A program made the translations under genes and the position numbers. From assembly GCA_025594325.1 (NCBI GenBank), contig JANHCV010000010.1, forward strand, positions 1,612,001 to 1,676,000: 64,000 nucleotides of DNA, read 5' to 3'. This stretch comes from Blastocladiella emersonii ATCC 22665 (Eukaryota; Fungi; Blastocladiomycota). Below the pieces are notes generated by a model. It was not told the DNA's origin. It was given only the letters and a program-made list of their open reading frames with translations, and ran no database searches. Shown piece by piece: positions 1 through 10,716 of the stretch. Numbering within the stretch: position 1 is the first letter of the stretch; each line of letters starts with the position of its first letter.

Positions 1-184
1 GAGCCCATCAGGATCGCAGCGCCGACGCGGAACTTGGAGTAGGGCGAGTACGAGAACTCCTTGGCCTTGACGGCCTCGGCGACGAGCAGGTCGCGCTGCG
101 ACTCGGTGATCGAGTAGTTGCCTACGCGACAGCAGCGTGAGCCGACCGAGATCATGGAGATGCATAGTGTTACTACTCACTCAT
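1..184 (-). CDS. CDD1: Cytidine deaminase, 5' part only (gene runs off the window start)
   Basis: Manual translation: ATG+A (184-181), intron GTGAGT..TAG (180-122), then MSNYSITESQRDLLVAEAVKAKEFSYSPYSKFRVGAAILMG. The 'A...AYxPYSxFxVGAA' N-terminal signature is typical of cytidine deaminases. Not in the ORF track. Confidence 0.85.
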
Positions 185-707
185 GGTGGTGATATTAGAT
201 AAATAGCGTTTGCGGCGGGAGGGGGGAAAACCCGAACAAGCTGGCGCCATCGCCGCCTTTTGTAGCCGCCGCCGCCGCCACCCACCCGACCGGGTGGCGC
301 GCGGATCATCCTCGGAAGGTTGCGCCGCTCACGTGTGGCGTGCAGCGAGGGTTGGACGCACGTGCGGCGACCGCGGATGAGCGGCGCGTCCATGGCCGCG
401 GACTCGGTCGGGGCGACGTGCTCGCGCTCAAGGCCCGGTCGCGGTCACCAAACGTGGTGCCACGCTCGGGGTCCCCCGGCCGTGACGGCGCCGCCCTGAG
501 TGGGCAGACCGCGATGCGCGGGCACCAGTCAGCGACGAGGTTCGAGGACCGACTCAACCGAGCCAGCATCAGGTCAAGACTCTTTCACGCAGTACGTCAA
601 GGGACCGTTACGCAACAAGGAAGTTGTAACGAGGGGATTGAGTGGTATGGGAAACACATGTGCGTTTGTCAAAGAAGCAAGTAGTGGTCGTGCTCAGTAC
701 TCGAGAG

Positions 708-2560
708 TTACACGAGGTAGGCCCGAACCACGTCGGCCGAGATGCGCGACGCGTTGAGGAACAGCAGCGTGTTGGCCGTGTTGGCGCGGCTGATCGTGTT
801 GACCACGCCCTTGGTCGCCGCGTTGCGCAGGTACCGCACCATGAGCGACGGCGACATGCCGACCTGCGCCAGGATCCCCGCCACGGCGCCCTGTTGAGAG
901 TCACTCGAGTCAGTCGGTGGCCTTCGAGGGTGCAGGTCCGAGAGAAGCGTACCGTAACGTGCGGCGAGGCCATGGACGTGCCGCTCATCATGACCGTACC
1001 GGTACTCGACGCGCGGCTCAGCGAAGTGATCCCGTCGCCGGGCGCGAGAACATTGACGCTACACGACGACCGAAACCGAGTAAGTCGAGAGCCCAAAGGC
1101 CGACGATCAGCATATGACGTACCAGCTGCCCCAGTTGCTCCACGACGTGAGTCTGTTCTGCGAGTTGATGGCGCCCACGACCAGGACCCCGGGCGTGACC
1201 AGGGACGCCGACGCGGGCGAGTACTGGCACGAGTCGGCCCCCGAGTTGCCCGCCGCCACGACCACATGCACGCCGCTGTCGACGGCGCTCTTGACCGCCG
1301 CGTTCAGCGCGTCGCTTTTCGGACCGGCAATCGACATGCTACGGGACGACGGGACGGGTGAGTTAGTTAGGGGACCGAGCAGCGCAACTGACTGCTCACA
1401 AGCAACGTACTTGACCACCGAGGCGCGGCCAGTCGAGTTCTTGCGCGAGACAACCCTGAAAGTACGCGTGTGACGGGGTCAGTCATGGGCGGCCATCAAC
1501 ATCAACATGAGCGCTAGAAGACTTACCAGTTGAGCGCCGAGATCATCGAACTCCACGAGCCCGAGCCCGCCGCGTTGAGCACCTTGACGTTGATGATGCT
1601 GGTGTTCCGGGCGACGCCGTTGATGATGGCCCCCGAAATGCCGGCGACGTGGCTCCCGTGGCCATTGAGGTCTACGGAGGGCGAATCTGTCAGCTTTGTG
1701 TCCGCTCAGCAGTGAAGAGTTGATGAGGCGTACCGTTGGACGTGTTGTCCGACGAGAAGTTGGGCCCGGCCAGGACGCGGCCGGCGAGCTGGACGTGGTC
1801 TACAGGTGCGCGCAAATGAGTGTCGTCAGCGTGTGGCAACCCGTCGAGGAATGACGCGTTCACGTACTCGGCATCACGCCCGTGTCGAGAATGTACACGT
1901 CGACGTTCTTGCCGGACCGCGGGTTGAAGCTGTAGACGGACGGCTGCGTGACGGCGCGCTGCCAGATGCGGGCCAGGTTCCAGGTCGCGCCCGTCTGCGT
2001 CAGGGGCGGCTCGATGACCTGGCTCAGCGTCACCGTCTGGTCCTTCTCGATCGACTTGATGACGGGCAGCCGGCGCAGCAGCTCGACCACGAACGGGTGG
2101 AAGTGGCCCAGGTACCCGTGGAACTGGCCGGGACCAAAGTCGTACCGGTCGAGGATGTGGCCGACTGGCAGCGACGAGCCCAGCTGGTTCTTGAGCCACT
2201 CGACGTGCTGGTCGACTACGCGGGACGCGGCGCGCGGGGTCAGCTTCGCCGTATCTGGGACCGACGCGTGCAAGGCGGCGTACCGATATCCGTGTCAATG
2301 TCCTCCTGGAGCCGCACAATGTACTTGTCGCCGCTGCCGACGAGGTTGATGAGGCCCGACAGGTCCGGGAACGCGAAAGCCGACGACGACGCCTCCTCGA
2401 CGTAGCCGCCGCTCACGTCGGGGAACAGGCCGTCCGCACTCGGCAACGCGGCCACGACCGAGTCGGACTGCAGGACGACCAGGCCGAACGCCAGCGCGGC
2501 CAGGGCGGCGAGGACGAGGTGTGCAATGCGAGTGCGCGAAGTGGTGGAGCGCTGCTTCAT
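708..2560 (-). CDS. Secreted/vacuolar subtilisin-like serine protease (S8, proteinase K/proteinase B type) with I9 propeptide; multi-exon
   Basis: Hydrophobic N-terminal segment, propeptide (YIVRLQE..HVEWL..VIKSIEKDQTV), catalytic motifs VDVYILDTG, DLNGHGSHVAG, VVVAAGNS and SGTSMASPHV; stop TAA at 710-708 after LLFLNASRISADVVRAYLV. Confidence 0.93.
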
Positions 2561-2797
2561 GGTTGTGTACAGTTTACTTGCTATTCTAGATCAGGATGGC
2601 GGATTGAGAGAGAGCGGGAAGGGCCTGCGATGGCAAGCGGGGACCCGCGCTGGCGTCGCGCGCGTGCCGAAAACAAGCAGGCGCGGTAGCAAGAATGATC
2701 GTGTGGGAGTGCCGTCCGACGCGTCGCGCCACCACGTGGCCGTGTCTCTCACACTGTCTCCAGCTCGCGCGTCACATTGTAAAACCACATATACCAT

Positions 2798-3948
2798 TCA
2801 TAGCTTCTGATTGGTGGTGGTTGACTTTGGTGGCCGCGCTGCCGAACCACTGCCACTGCTGGCGACCGCCGCCGCTGCCGCCGCGGACGACTGGGTCAGG
2901 AACGAGCGGAGGTTGAGGGAGAAGGTGCGCAGGCCCTGCATCTCCTCGCGCAGTCGCAGCGACTCGGCCTGCAGCTCGACGTTGGCGCGGAGCTCGACGC
3001 GGGCGAGCGACGCGCGCAGGCCGTCGACCTCGGCGACGAGGCGGTCCAGCACGGCCTCGTGCTCGAGGACCTGGGCGGAAAGCGGCGGCGGCGGTGGGGG
3101 CAGTGGCGGCTCTCGGGCGGCGAGCTCAAGGGCAGCGACGCGTTCGAGCACCGCGTCCAGCGTGGACGCCATGTTGGCCTGCGCGAACCGCAGCGTCGCG
3201 TTCTCGGTCTCGAGGGCCGCGGCCCGCTCGCGGTCGGCGGCGCATGCGGGGCATCCGCACCGGGTGCATGCGGTCGGCGATGTTGGGCTCGCTTCGGGGC
3301 ATCGGTGCGACTACAGTCAGGGTGTAGTGTCAGCCACTCGCAAACTCGCGCGCGATGAAGGGAATGAGCCACGGGGTACATCAGCGTCGGCCAGGGCAAG
3401 CAGCTCGCCGCAGCCGCGGGGGCACGCGTGGCGCGCCGCCACGCACGAGGCCTGGTGCGAGTCGAGATCGTGCGCTGGGACTTGGGCGGCGCAGTGGGCG
3501 CACGCGGCGAGGCGGAACGGACACTGCGACCGCGCGTGGTCGGGCAGCTGCGCGCGCGCGACGGTGGCGGGGCACCCGCGGTCCGCGTTCGGGCACAGCA
3601 CCAGCAGCTCGTCGGCGAGGCTCCGGACGACGTAGGCGGGCGTCGGGTCGCGGGTGCACTCGGCGCGGCACGCCGGGCATGCGGCGTTGGACGCGAGCGA
3701 GCGGCGCAGGCACGCGGCGCAGAACGTGTGTCTGGCGGCTCGTGAGAGAGTCAGCGCGACGCTGTGGGGTGTCTCGGGATCGGGCGGCCGTACCCGCACG
3801 GCGTGCTCTCGGCGTCGAGGAAGGGCAGCGTGCAGATGGGGCAGACCAGGTTGGCGTTGGGCGCGCCGGCGTAGTGCAGAGCGGCGTAGTCGAGCTCGCC
3901 GTGGCTCAGCGGCTGCCGCGGGTCTGCTCCGTGTCCAGCCGCGTCCAT
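2798..3948 (-). CDS. RING (C3HC4) plus TRAF-type zinc-finger, coiled-coil protein (putative E3 ligase), copy 1
   Basis: Spliced RING CPICTLPFLDAESTPCG|HTFCAACLRRSLASNAACPACR (intron 3793-3732), then CPNADRGC..HARSQCPFRLAACAHC..HQASC..CPRGC zinc-finger repeats and a C-terminal heptad-rich helix ending QKL*. Confidence 0.85.
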
Positions 3949-4149
3949 TGGTTGTGATGCATGAGTTGGTTGGCGTTGCGAGTTGGGGGGAGATGGGACG
4001 GTTAGGATGGTTGGCGCCGACCCTTTCGGCAGAGCGCGCCTCGAGCCCCGTTCCCCGCTCTCCCCCACACGCATCGCACGAAGCACATGAATACGGCCTG
4101 AGAGTGAGGGCCTTGCATATACTATATCATACTTGCTGCATCTGAGACA

Positions 4150-4904
4150 ATGGCGCCGCCAACACCGCCCGAGGACCCGTCGCGGCAGCATCGGCCAGCC
4201 ACTGCCGACACTGCCGACGACACCGCCGACGCGCCGCCGTTCGACCACCGCGGGCAGCGGTCCGTGTGCTTTCTGCTCGAGCGCTTCGAGCGGACCGCCG
4301 GCGAGCTGCAGGACCGGGACCGGGACCGGCAGCGGCAGGCCGGCGAGAACGACGACTCGCCGCCGCGCACGCGCGTCCGCACGGCGTACTGCTTCCGGCG
4401 GGACCCGGCGCACGCGCGGGCGCAGTGGTGGAACCCGGGCGCGGGCGTGTACCTGACCCGCTTCGCGCAGCCGCACCCGCGCGCGCCGTGGGAGCGCGAC
4501 CGCCGCGGCGAGGTGCACGTCGGCGACGAGCTGGCGGGCGTGCCGTCGCACGGTGCGTGTGCGCTCACGCTCACCCTCGAGAGACGACCACTGACATGCG
4601 ATGAGGGCACCTCCTAGTGGCGGCCGTGGCGCAGCGCACCTTCGCGCCGCCGATCGAGCTGACGGCGCGGTACGTGGCGGGGTTCGCGGACGGCACGCAC
4701 GCGGGCCTGCTGTCGCGGGTCGCGGCTAACGTGGCGTCGGGCGCGCCGGTACGGGCGGCCGAGCGCATCGCCGACCTGTGGGCCGCGGCGCTCGCCAGGA
4801 CTGCGGGCTCAGTCGACGGCGGCGGTGGCGACCCGCCGCGCGCTTCCTCCCAGCCCGGCGCCCGCGACGACGACGACGGCAATGACAAGAGCCGGAAACG
4901 GTGA
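4150..4904 (+). CDS. Hypothetical protein, two exons, copy 1
   Basis: ATG 4150; intron GTGCGT..TAG 4553-4617 joins ORF 4150..4617 in frame to ORF 4617..4904; codons mostly end in G/C; no recognisable domain. Confidence 0.6.
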
Positions 4905-4994
4905 CGGAAGCGTGTATACTGTAATAAAGACTCTTAGCGAACGGGGATCCATGGAGTGGACTGAAAAGGGAGGAGAGGTTGGCCCACTGACAGA

Positions 4995-5743
4995 CTACTG
5001 GAGGAGGGCGAGGCCCGCCACGGCAGCGAGAACGAGGCCGCCCGACGACGCGGCCGCGCGCTCCGAGGCAGCGCCGCTGTTGAGGGCGGGCGCCACGGAC
5101 GCCGTGGGCGCGGGACCCGTAGCGGTGCTCGCAGACTTGGCCGAGGCAGAGCCCGTCGACGTGGCGGACGCCGAGGCCGACGTGGTCGTCGTCGACGCGG
5201 CGGAGGTGGTCGTGGCGGACGTCGTCGCGGAGCGGCTCGCCGACGTCGAGGTGGCCGAGATGAAGACGGACGTCTGGCCGGTGCCGCCCTGCACGGCGAA
5301 CGGCGCCGAGTACTTGAAGGTGGCGGCGTCCAGGCCGTCCCACCGCCACTGCAGCGCGTAGTCGACGCCGTTGACGATGCCCGCGGGCACGATCCACGAC
5401 ATGGAGCCGGCCTCGGGGCGGGCGGCGCCGATGGCGGCGATGGGCGTCTGTCGGTTGCGGCAGCGCAGTGTTGGTGAGTTGGGAGATGCACAAAGTGGAG
5501 CTAGCGCCGCCCGGCCGGCACACGCACCATGTTGTCCGGGTTGCCGTTGACGCGCATCAGCACGACGGAGCCCGTGGTGCCCGCGGGCGCGCCCTGGGCG
5601 GCGGGGTCGAACGTCCAGCTGATGGGGACCGTCGAGCCGGCCGTCCACGGCGCCGTCGGCGTGCTGAGCGTGACCTGGCCGGCGTGCACGGCGGCGACGG
5701 CGGCCAGCGCGAGGGCGAGGAGGGCGACGAGGTGGTGCTTCAT
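4995..5743 (-). CDS. Secreted, Ser/Thr-rich, probably GPI-anchored cell-surface protein (Kre9/Knh1-like N-terminal domain), copy 1
   Basis: Signal peptide MKHHLVALLALALAAVAAVHA, WTAGSTVPISW..SMSWIVP..DYALQW..YSAPFAV domain, S/T-rich stalk, hydrophobic C-terminal tail (GGLVLAAVAGLALLQ); one intron. Confidence 0.8.
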
Positions 5744-6135
5744 CTGCTAAGTAGTGTGTGGTGGTTGCTATTTAATGGGTTGTGCGAGAGAGAGAGAGCG
5801 GGAACGTGTTGACCGACGGCGGCCGAGCGCCACCGATGCCGGCGAGTCGGCCGGCTGAAACTGCCTCCGTGCGTTTCATCATGCACTCATCGCAGCGTTT
5901 GATTGGCCGGCCTTGGACGCCATGACGCACTGCGAGGGATCCACGCGCCCATGTCCGACGCGTCCGCCCGTCCGTCCGTCGTCCCCTCCCGCCGGCCCGG
6001 GTCGCTCTACGTCGTCGAACGAGAAATACAAAAAGGGGGACTCGTGGATTGCAAAAAAAAAGGATCAAACAAAACTCGGCAGCGAGCAAGCAGGCCATCA
6101 TCGGCTCGCCTCGGACACCACCCATCCATCACGGC

Positions 6136-7993
6136 TCACTCGAACAGCGTGTTCTTGACCGCGTTCTCGGCATAGTGCAGCACCGCGGGCAGGATCTCCT
6201 CGCCCGTCGGGATGATCTCTACACGCGTGGACGCCACCCCAAGTTAGCCCACCCGTACTTGTTCCCGTTCCTCAGGGACACCGCCGTACCCTTCTTGTCG
6301 AGCACAAAGCCCGGGCCCCACCACTCGGCCGTCGGGCGCAGCTCGATCGTGATCCCGTACGGCCGCACGTACTTGGCCTTGGCCGGCGCGCCCTCGGCCG
6401 TCGCCGGCGTGATCGGGAACTGCTGCAGGGCAAAGTAGTCGCTCGCGCCGCCCGTCGTCGCTACGCGCGTGGACACGTCAAGTCAGCTCCCGCAATCAGA
6501 GCCACCCCCACCCCCAGCCAGCCGTACCGTAGAGGTCAATCGACTTCTGCGACGTGTAGCTCTTGCCGTGCACCTTCTTGATGATCTTGGCCATGGCGTC
6601 GCACACGGCCTTGTGCTCCTTCTCGTACGCGTAGTCCTTGCGCTCCCACCCGAGCGGGCGCAGGATCAGCTGCGAGTACGAGTGCAGGTCGAGCCCCGCC
6701 ACTGTGCGCGGGTGGCTCAGGAAGAACTTGGTCAGCGCCTGCACCTCGGGCTCGGACGCCTCGGACGGGCCCCTACGAGTACCCCACGAATGAATGCGTC
6801 AGTACCCCCGACCGGTCCTCCCAACACTCGACAAACAAGTATGGGCGACGCACATGTACGTGTCCGAGTAGGGGAACTTGGAGCTGCCGCCGTGGCCCCA
6901 GTTGGCCGGGTAGTTGCGGTTGAGGTCGACGCCGTACGCCCCGCCGCCGTTGCTGCGCCGGTTCTTGCGCCACAGCCGGTCGCTCTCCCACGTGTACGCG
7001 TACCCGTCCGGGTTCACCACGGGCACGATGATCCACTCGGCCGCGTCGAGCAGCGCCGTGATGCGCGGCGCGCTGCTCGTCACCAGGTGGTACGTGAGGT
7101 ACTGCGTCGTCGCGTCTACGTTTGTGTAGTTTGTGTGAGGGGCGAGCGTCAGTGAAGTTATGAGGAGGACCGACTGCCGCCGCGGAACGCAAAGGACGTA
7201 CGCGAAATCCACTCGCGCGCGTGGATACCGCCCTGCACGTAGATCTGCTTCTTGCGGTCGAGCGGCACCGACGAGTTGCGGTTGGTGATCTTGAGCGCCA
7301 TGAGCGTGCGGCCCTCGTGCGTCGTGCCAATGTTGGGCACCAGCTCGACGCGCTCCGGGTGGCGCTGCGCGAGGATCGTGTACCACTCGACAATCTCGTC
7401 GAACGGGTGGTACTCGCTGAACCACGTCTTGGGGTCCGACACGAGGTCGCGCACCGGGGTCGTCGCGGTCGCGACCGTGGCCCTGACGGCGCGGCGGGAC
7501 GCGGCCTCGGGCGCCAGCATGTCGGCCTCAATGTCGCGCACGAGCGTCTCGGCCGACGCGAGCGGGACGTGGCGGCCGGCCACCTCGGCGAGGTCGGGGC
7601 GCGCGGCACGCACGTCGATGCGGCCGTCGGCAACCGCCCACACGTCGGCGTTGAGATCGAGCAGCAGCTGGTGCAGGCGCGGCACGTCCTCGCGCTTGGC
7701 GGCGGTCAGGCGGAGCAGCTGCTGGCCTGCGGGTTGAGAGTGGCGTGTGGTGGGAAGTAGACGGTTAGTTGGACGGACGCGGCAAAGGGCGGGCGAGGTC
7801 GGTACGCACCCGAGTAGTCGGCGCGGGTAGGGCGCGAGCGCAGGGCCCACTGCGACGGGAGCGAGGCAAGGCTGCCGAGCCACGACGGCGCCGCGTCGGC
7901 CGGAGGGGCGGCCGCGAGGAGCAGCAGCGCGCACGCAGCGGCGGCGGCGAGGGCGGCGAGGACGCCGAGGGTGGGGCGCGATGAGCGTTTCAT
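6136..7993 (-). CDS. Secreted zinc carboxypeptidase (M14A) with propeptide, multi-exon, copy 1
   Basis: Signal peptide, GGIHAREWIS (HxxE zinc motif), LWRKNRR, GVDLNRNYP, DLHSYSQ and YGITIELRP (catalytic Glu); stop at 6138-6136 after HYAENAVKNTLFE. Confidence 0.92.
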
Positions 7994-8276
7994 TGATTGA
8001 TGTGTTTAATCTCCGCGGGCGATGAGCTACTGGGGAGGGAAGAAGCGAGAGGGTGGGAACCGGACCGCCCCAAACCCTTTCTTTCGCGGCGGCTGACCAA
8101 CGCGCGCGCGGTGCCGAGCGACCGAATTTCGACGCGTTTTTCGCCCCCGCGTGACGCCCACCTGACCGCGTCTCGCCCGGTTTTCGCCAAGACGCGTCCC
8201 GCGCTCGTTGTCAGGCAGGGTTATAGATGGAAAAGGCTATGTATGGAATGCTGGACGACTCGGCGACACATCCACA

Positions 8277-9692
8277 TCACCACGGGAACGACGGGTCGTA
8301 GGCCGCCCACCCAGCGGACCGCGGGCGCGGCTGCGCGGTCCCGAGCTCGTGCTCGTCATCGTCGCTCCCATCAACCGACGACGCTGGTTCAAAGTCGTGC
8401 GGCGGCGGGGCGTGGGTCGGTGGCGGCGGAAACGCAGGCAGCGGGCGGACCAGCATCTCCCAGTCAATGTCGTCCGAGTGGTCCGAGTCGGACCCGGACG
8501 CGCCCTGGGCGTCGAGATCGTCGCCGAGGTTGCCGTACGACGCGTAGAAGCTGGACAACGGGATCGGCGGGATGGAAGGACGCCACGCCGCGGCACGCGA
8601 GTGCTGCGGGGCGAGGAAGTCGGGCGGAAGCTGGCTAGGGCGCCGGTCGAGGTCATCTTCGTCCTCGTCGTCGTCGGTCTGGTCGGGAGCAGCCGTGGCA
8701 GCAGAAGCAGAGGCCGATGAGGAAGAAGCGGCGGGGCGGTCAGCGTCGAGCTCGTAAGCGAGCGGCGAGTTGGGTCCACCGGGAGGATGTATGGTGCGAC
8801 CGTCGCGACGAGTCCGTTGCGTGGATGAGAGACGGGCGAGAATGCTGTTGTAGAGGGCGTCGTCTTCGCGGTCGCTCGACTCGCCGTCCTCCTCGTCACT
8901 CGCCTCGTCGTTGTCAAGCGCGTAACGTTGCCGAAGGTTGTCGACTCGGCGGCTCAGCGAAGCAAGATGGTCGGCAAGGGAATTCGAGAAGCTTCCGGGC
9001 ACGTCATTCGGGTGGGCTGAGCTGGACACGGAAAGCGGGCGCGGCGCGGTACTGCGCGGGAGCAGAGGGGGCAAAATCGGCTCCCCATTCGGGTTGGGCG
9101 AGAGGTCGGTCGGGGTGAAGTAGATGCCGCCGGGAGGGAGGCGCGGGGGAGGGCCGAGCGGGGCACGTGTCATAGCCGCGGTCGACGCGGGCTGCGCGGG
9201 AGCGGCAGTGGCGGAGGCGGAGGAGAGGCGAGGAAGGTAGATGTGAGGCGCAGGCAAGCGGCCTTGGGTAGATCCGCTTGCCGGGGACGAGTTGCTGCCG
9301 CCGGGCTGCAACACGACGGGCAGCGGGGTTTGGGACGTGAGGGGCTCGGTCAAGCCGGCGCCGCCCTCGCCCTGGATCCCCCCAGGGAGCGGGCTGAACA
9401 GGTGGCGGAAGAGGAAAGAGCCCGGGGCGCCCGGCTCGTCGAGGTCAGACGGCGGAAGCGACGTGGACATGACGGCGGGATCAAGGAAGGCGGGTGCGCG
9501 AGCGCCGAAAGCAGGCTGCGAGGCGGAACCGGCAGTAGCGGTGGGCCGGCGCGGCGGGTACGGCATGCCGCGGGGAGCCGGGGCGGGGCAGCACGGGCAG
9601 TCGCGGTGCGGGCCGCCGAGATGGCGTGACCCGCCCACGCGCTTGAGGCGGCGGGGCGTGCGGAGCGAGCGGAGCGAGCCGGGGTTGCCCAT
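8277..9692 (-). CDS. Hypothetical low-complexity (P/S/D/E-rich) protein; start uncertain
   Basis: Long ORF 8277..9782 with first plausible ATG at 9692 (MGNPG); acidic tracts and short ordered segments (FLFRHLFSPLPGG, DDALYNSILARL); no family recognised. Confidence 0.5.
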   Translation of the reverse strand: MGNPGSLRSLRTPRRLKRVGGSRHLGGPHRDCPCCPAPAPRGMPYPPRRPTATAGSASQPAFGARAPAFLDPAVMSTSLPPSDLDEPGAPGSFLFRHLFSPLPGGIQGEGGAGLTEPLTSQTPLPVVLQPGGSNSSPASGSTQGRLPAPHIYLPRLSSASATAAPAQPASTAAMTRAPLGPPPRLPPGGIYFTPTDLSPNPNGEPILPPLLPRSTAPRPLSVSSSAHPNDVPGSFSNSLADHLASLSRRVDNLRQRYALDNDEASDEEDGESSDREDDALYNSILARLSSTQRTRRDGRTIHPPGGPNSPLAYELDADRPAASSSSASASAATAAPDQTDDDEDEDDLDRRPSQLPPDFLAPQHSRAAAWRPSIPPIPLSSFYASYGNLGDDLDAQGASGSDSDHSDDIDWEMLVRPLPAFPPPPTHAPPPHDFEPASSVDGSDDDEHELGTAQPRPRSAGWAAYDPSFPW

Positions 9693-9733
9693 GGTCAGGT
9701 TCGATACGTTGCAGCAGGTGTGAGGGGGCCGAT

Positions 9734-10597
9734 GTGGGCCGTGGCAGTGGTAGCGAGAAGGGGCCTGGGGCCTGGTGGACACCCGGCCGGCGAAGGCGCT
9801 GGTTCCAGCGCTGGTTCACTCGCCGGTTCTGTTGTCGTGCGCGGCCCTGCTCTTGCGCGCTTGCGGCGGCAAGGCCGGTGAGTCACCTTTTTGGCTTGCC
9901 CGGACGGTTCGCCGCTGACCAGATCGGCGACCTTTGCTCTTCAGCGCTCGCTTCGCTCTCCCCTCCATCCGAACTCAGCGTTCCATGTAACTTGGCCACC
10001 ACGCGTGGGCGGTCGTACGGGCGCATCTCGCAGCGCGCGGTTCGGGTCAGCGGACCCGTGTCGCGCAAGCTGCCGCTGTCGCTCGAGGACCTGTACCGCG
10101 GCACAACCAAGAAGCTCAAGGTGACGCGCACCACGCTGGCCGGCACCGCCTCGGACAAGGTGCTCGAGGTGCACGTGAAGCCCGGGTGGAAGGCGGGCAC
10201 CAAGGTCAAGTTTCCCGGCGAGGGCGACGAGCTGCCCGACGGGACGGTGCAGACCATCGAGTTTGTGATTGACGAGAAGCCGCACCCGGTGTTCAAGCGC
10301 CAGGGCGACGACCTCGTCGTCGCGCTCGACCTCGTCGTCGCGCTCGACCTGTCGCTCGCCGAGGCCCTGACGGGGTTCCCGCGCGTCGTCAAGACGCTCG
10401 ACGACCGCAACCTCAAGATCGCGTCCGACAAGGTGTCGTCGCACGGCCAGACGATGCGGTTCCGCGGCGAGGGCATGTCCGTGTCCACGTCGCCCGGCGC
10501 CAGGGGCGACCTCGTCGTCAACATCACCGTCAAGTTTCCCGCGGCCGTCCCCGAGGCTGAGAAGGACGAGATCCGCCGCGTCCTCGCGGGCCTGTGA
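9734..10597 (+). CDS. Hsp40 (Sis1/DNAJB-type) C-terminal substrate-binding domain only; no J domain found; possibly truncated
   Basis: From about 10058: VSRKLPLSLEDLYRGTTKKLKVTR, VKPGWKAGTKVKFPGEGDE, HPVFKRQGDDL, LAEALTGF, GEGM..RGDLVVNITVKFP. No HPD motif or in-frame ATG seen upstream. Confidence 0.75.
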   Translation: MGRGSGSEKGPGAWWTPGRRRRWFQRWFTRRFCCRARPCSCALAAARPVSHLFGLPGRFAADQIGDLCSSALASLSPPSELSVPCNLATTRGRSYGRISQRAVRVSGPVSRKLPLSLEDLYRGTTKKLKVTRTTLAGTASDKVLEVHVKPGWKAGTKVKFPGEGDELPDGTVQTIEFVIDEKPHPVFKRQGDDLVVALDLVVALDLSLAEALTGFPRVVKTLDDRNLKIASDKVSSHGQTMRFRGEGMSVSTSPGARGDLVVNITVKFPAAVPEAEKDEIRRVLAGL

Positions 10598-10650
10598 TCT
10601 GGTTCTCGTTCTCGCACCCAACCCACTCGATGATTGTACATATATACAGG

Positions 10651-10716
10651 GCGCTTACGACGTCCGAGATTCTGTCTCCTCAGCGCTTACGACGTCCGAG
10701 ATTCTGTCTCCTCAGC
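10651..10716. repeat. Two tandem copies of a 32-bp unit (GCGCTTACGACGTCCGAGATTCTGTCTCCTCA)
   Basis: Units at 10651-10682 and 10683-10714, read directly. Confidence 0.95.

Larger units (their letters stand above)
2831..8205. repeat. Segmental duplication, copy 1 of 2 (5,375 bp; direct orientation with 50298-55672)
   Basis: All ORF-track translations inside the block recur identically at +47,467; both ends were checked at nucleotide level. Confidence 0.97.

Noticed and set aside
2831-8205. Duplicated block as a cargo-carrying transposon (Starship, Helitron, MULE)
   Set aside because: No tyrosine recombinase, Rep-helicase or transposase; no TIRs or Helitron CTRR end; the left end lies within a coding exon with diverged homology beyond it.
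10651-10716. 32-bp direct repeat resembling a CRISPR repeat in length
   Set aside because: Only two adjacent copies, no spacers, no cas genes, eukaryotic context.
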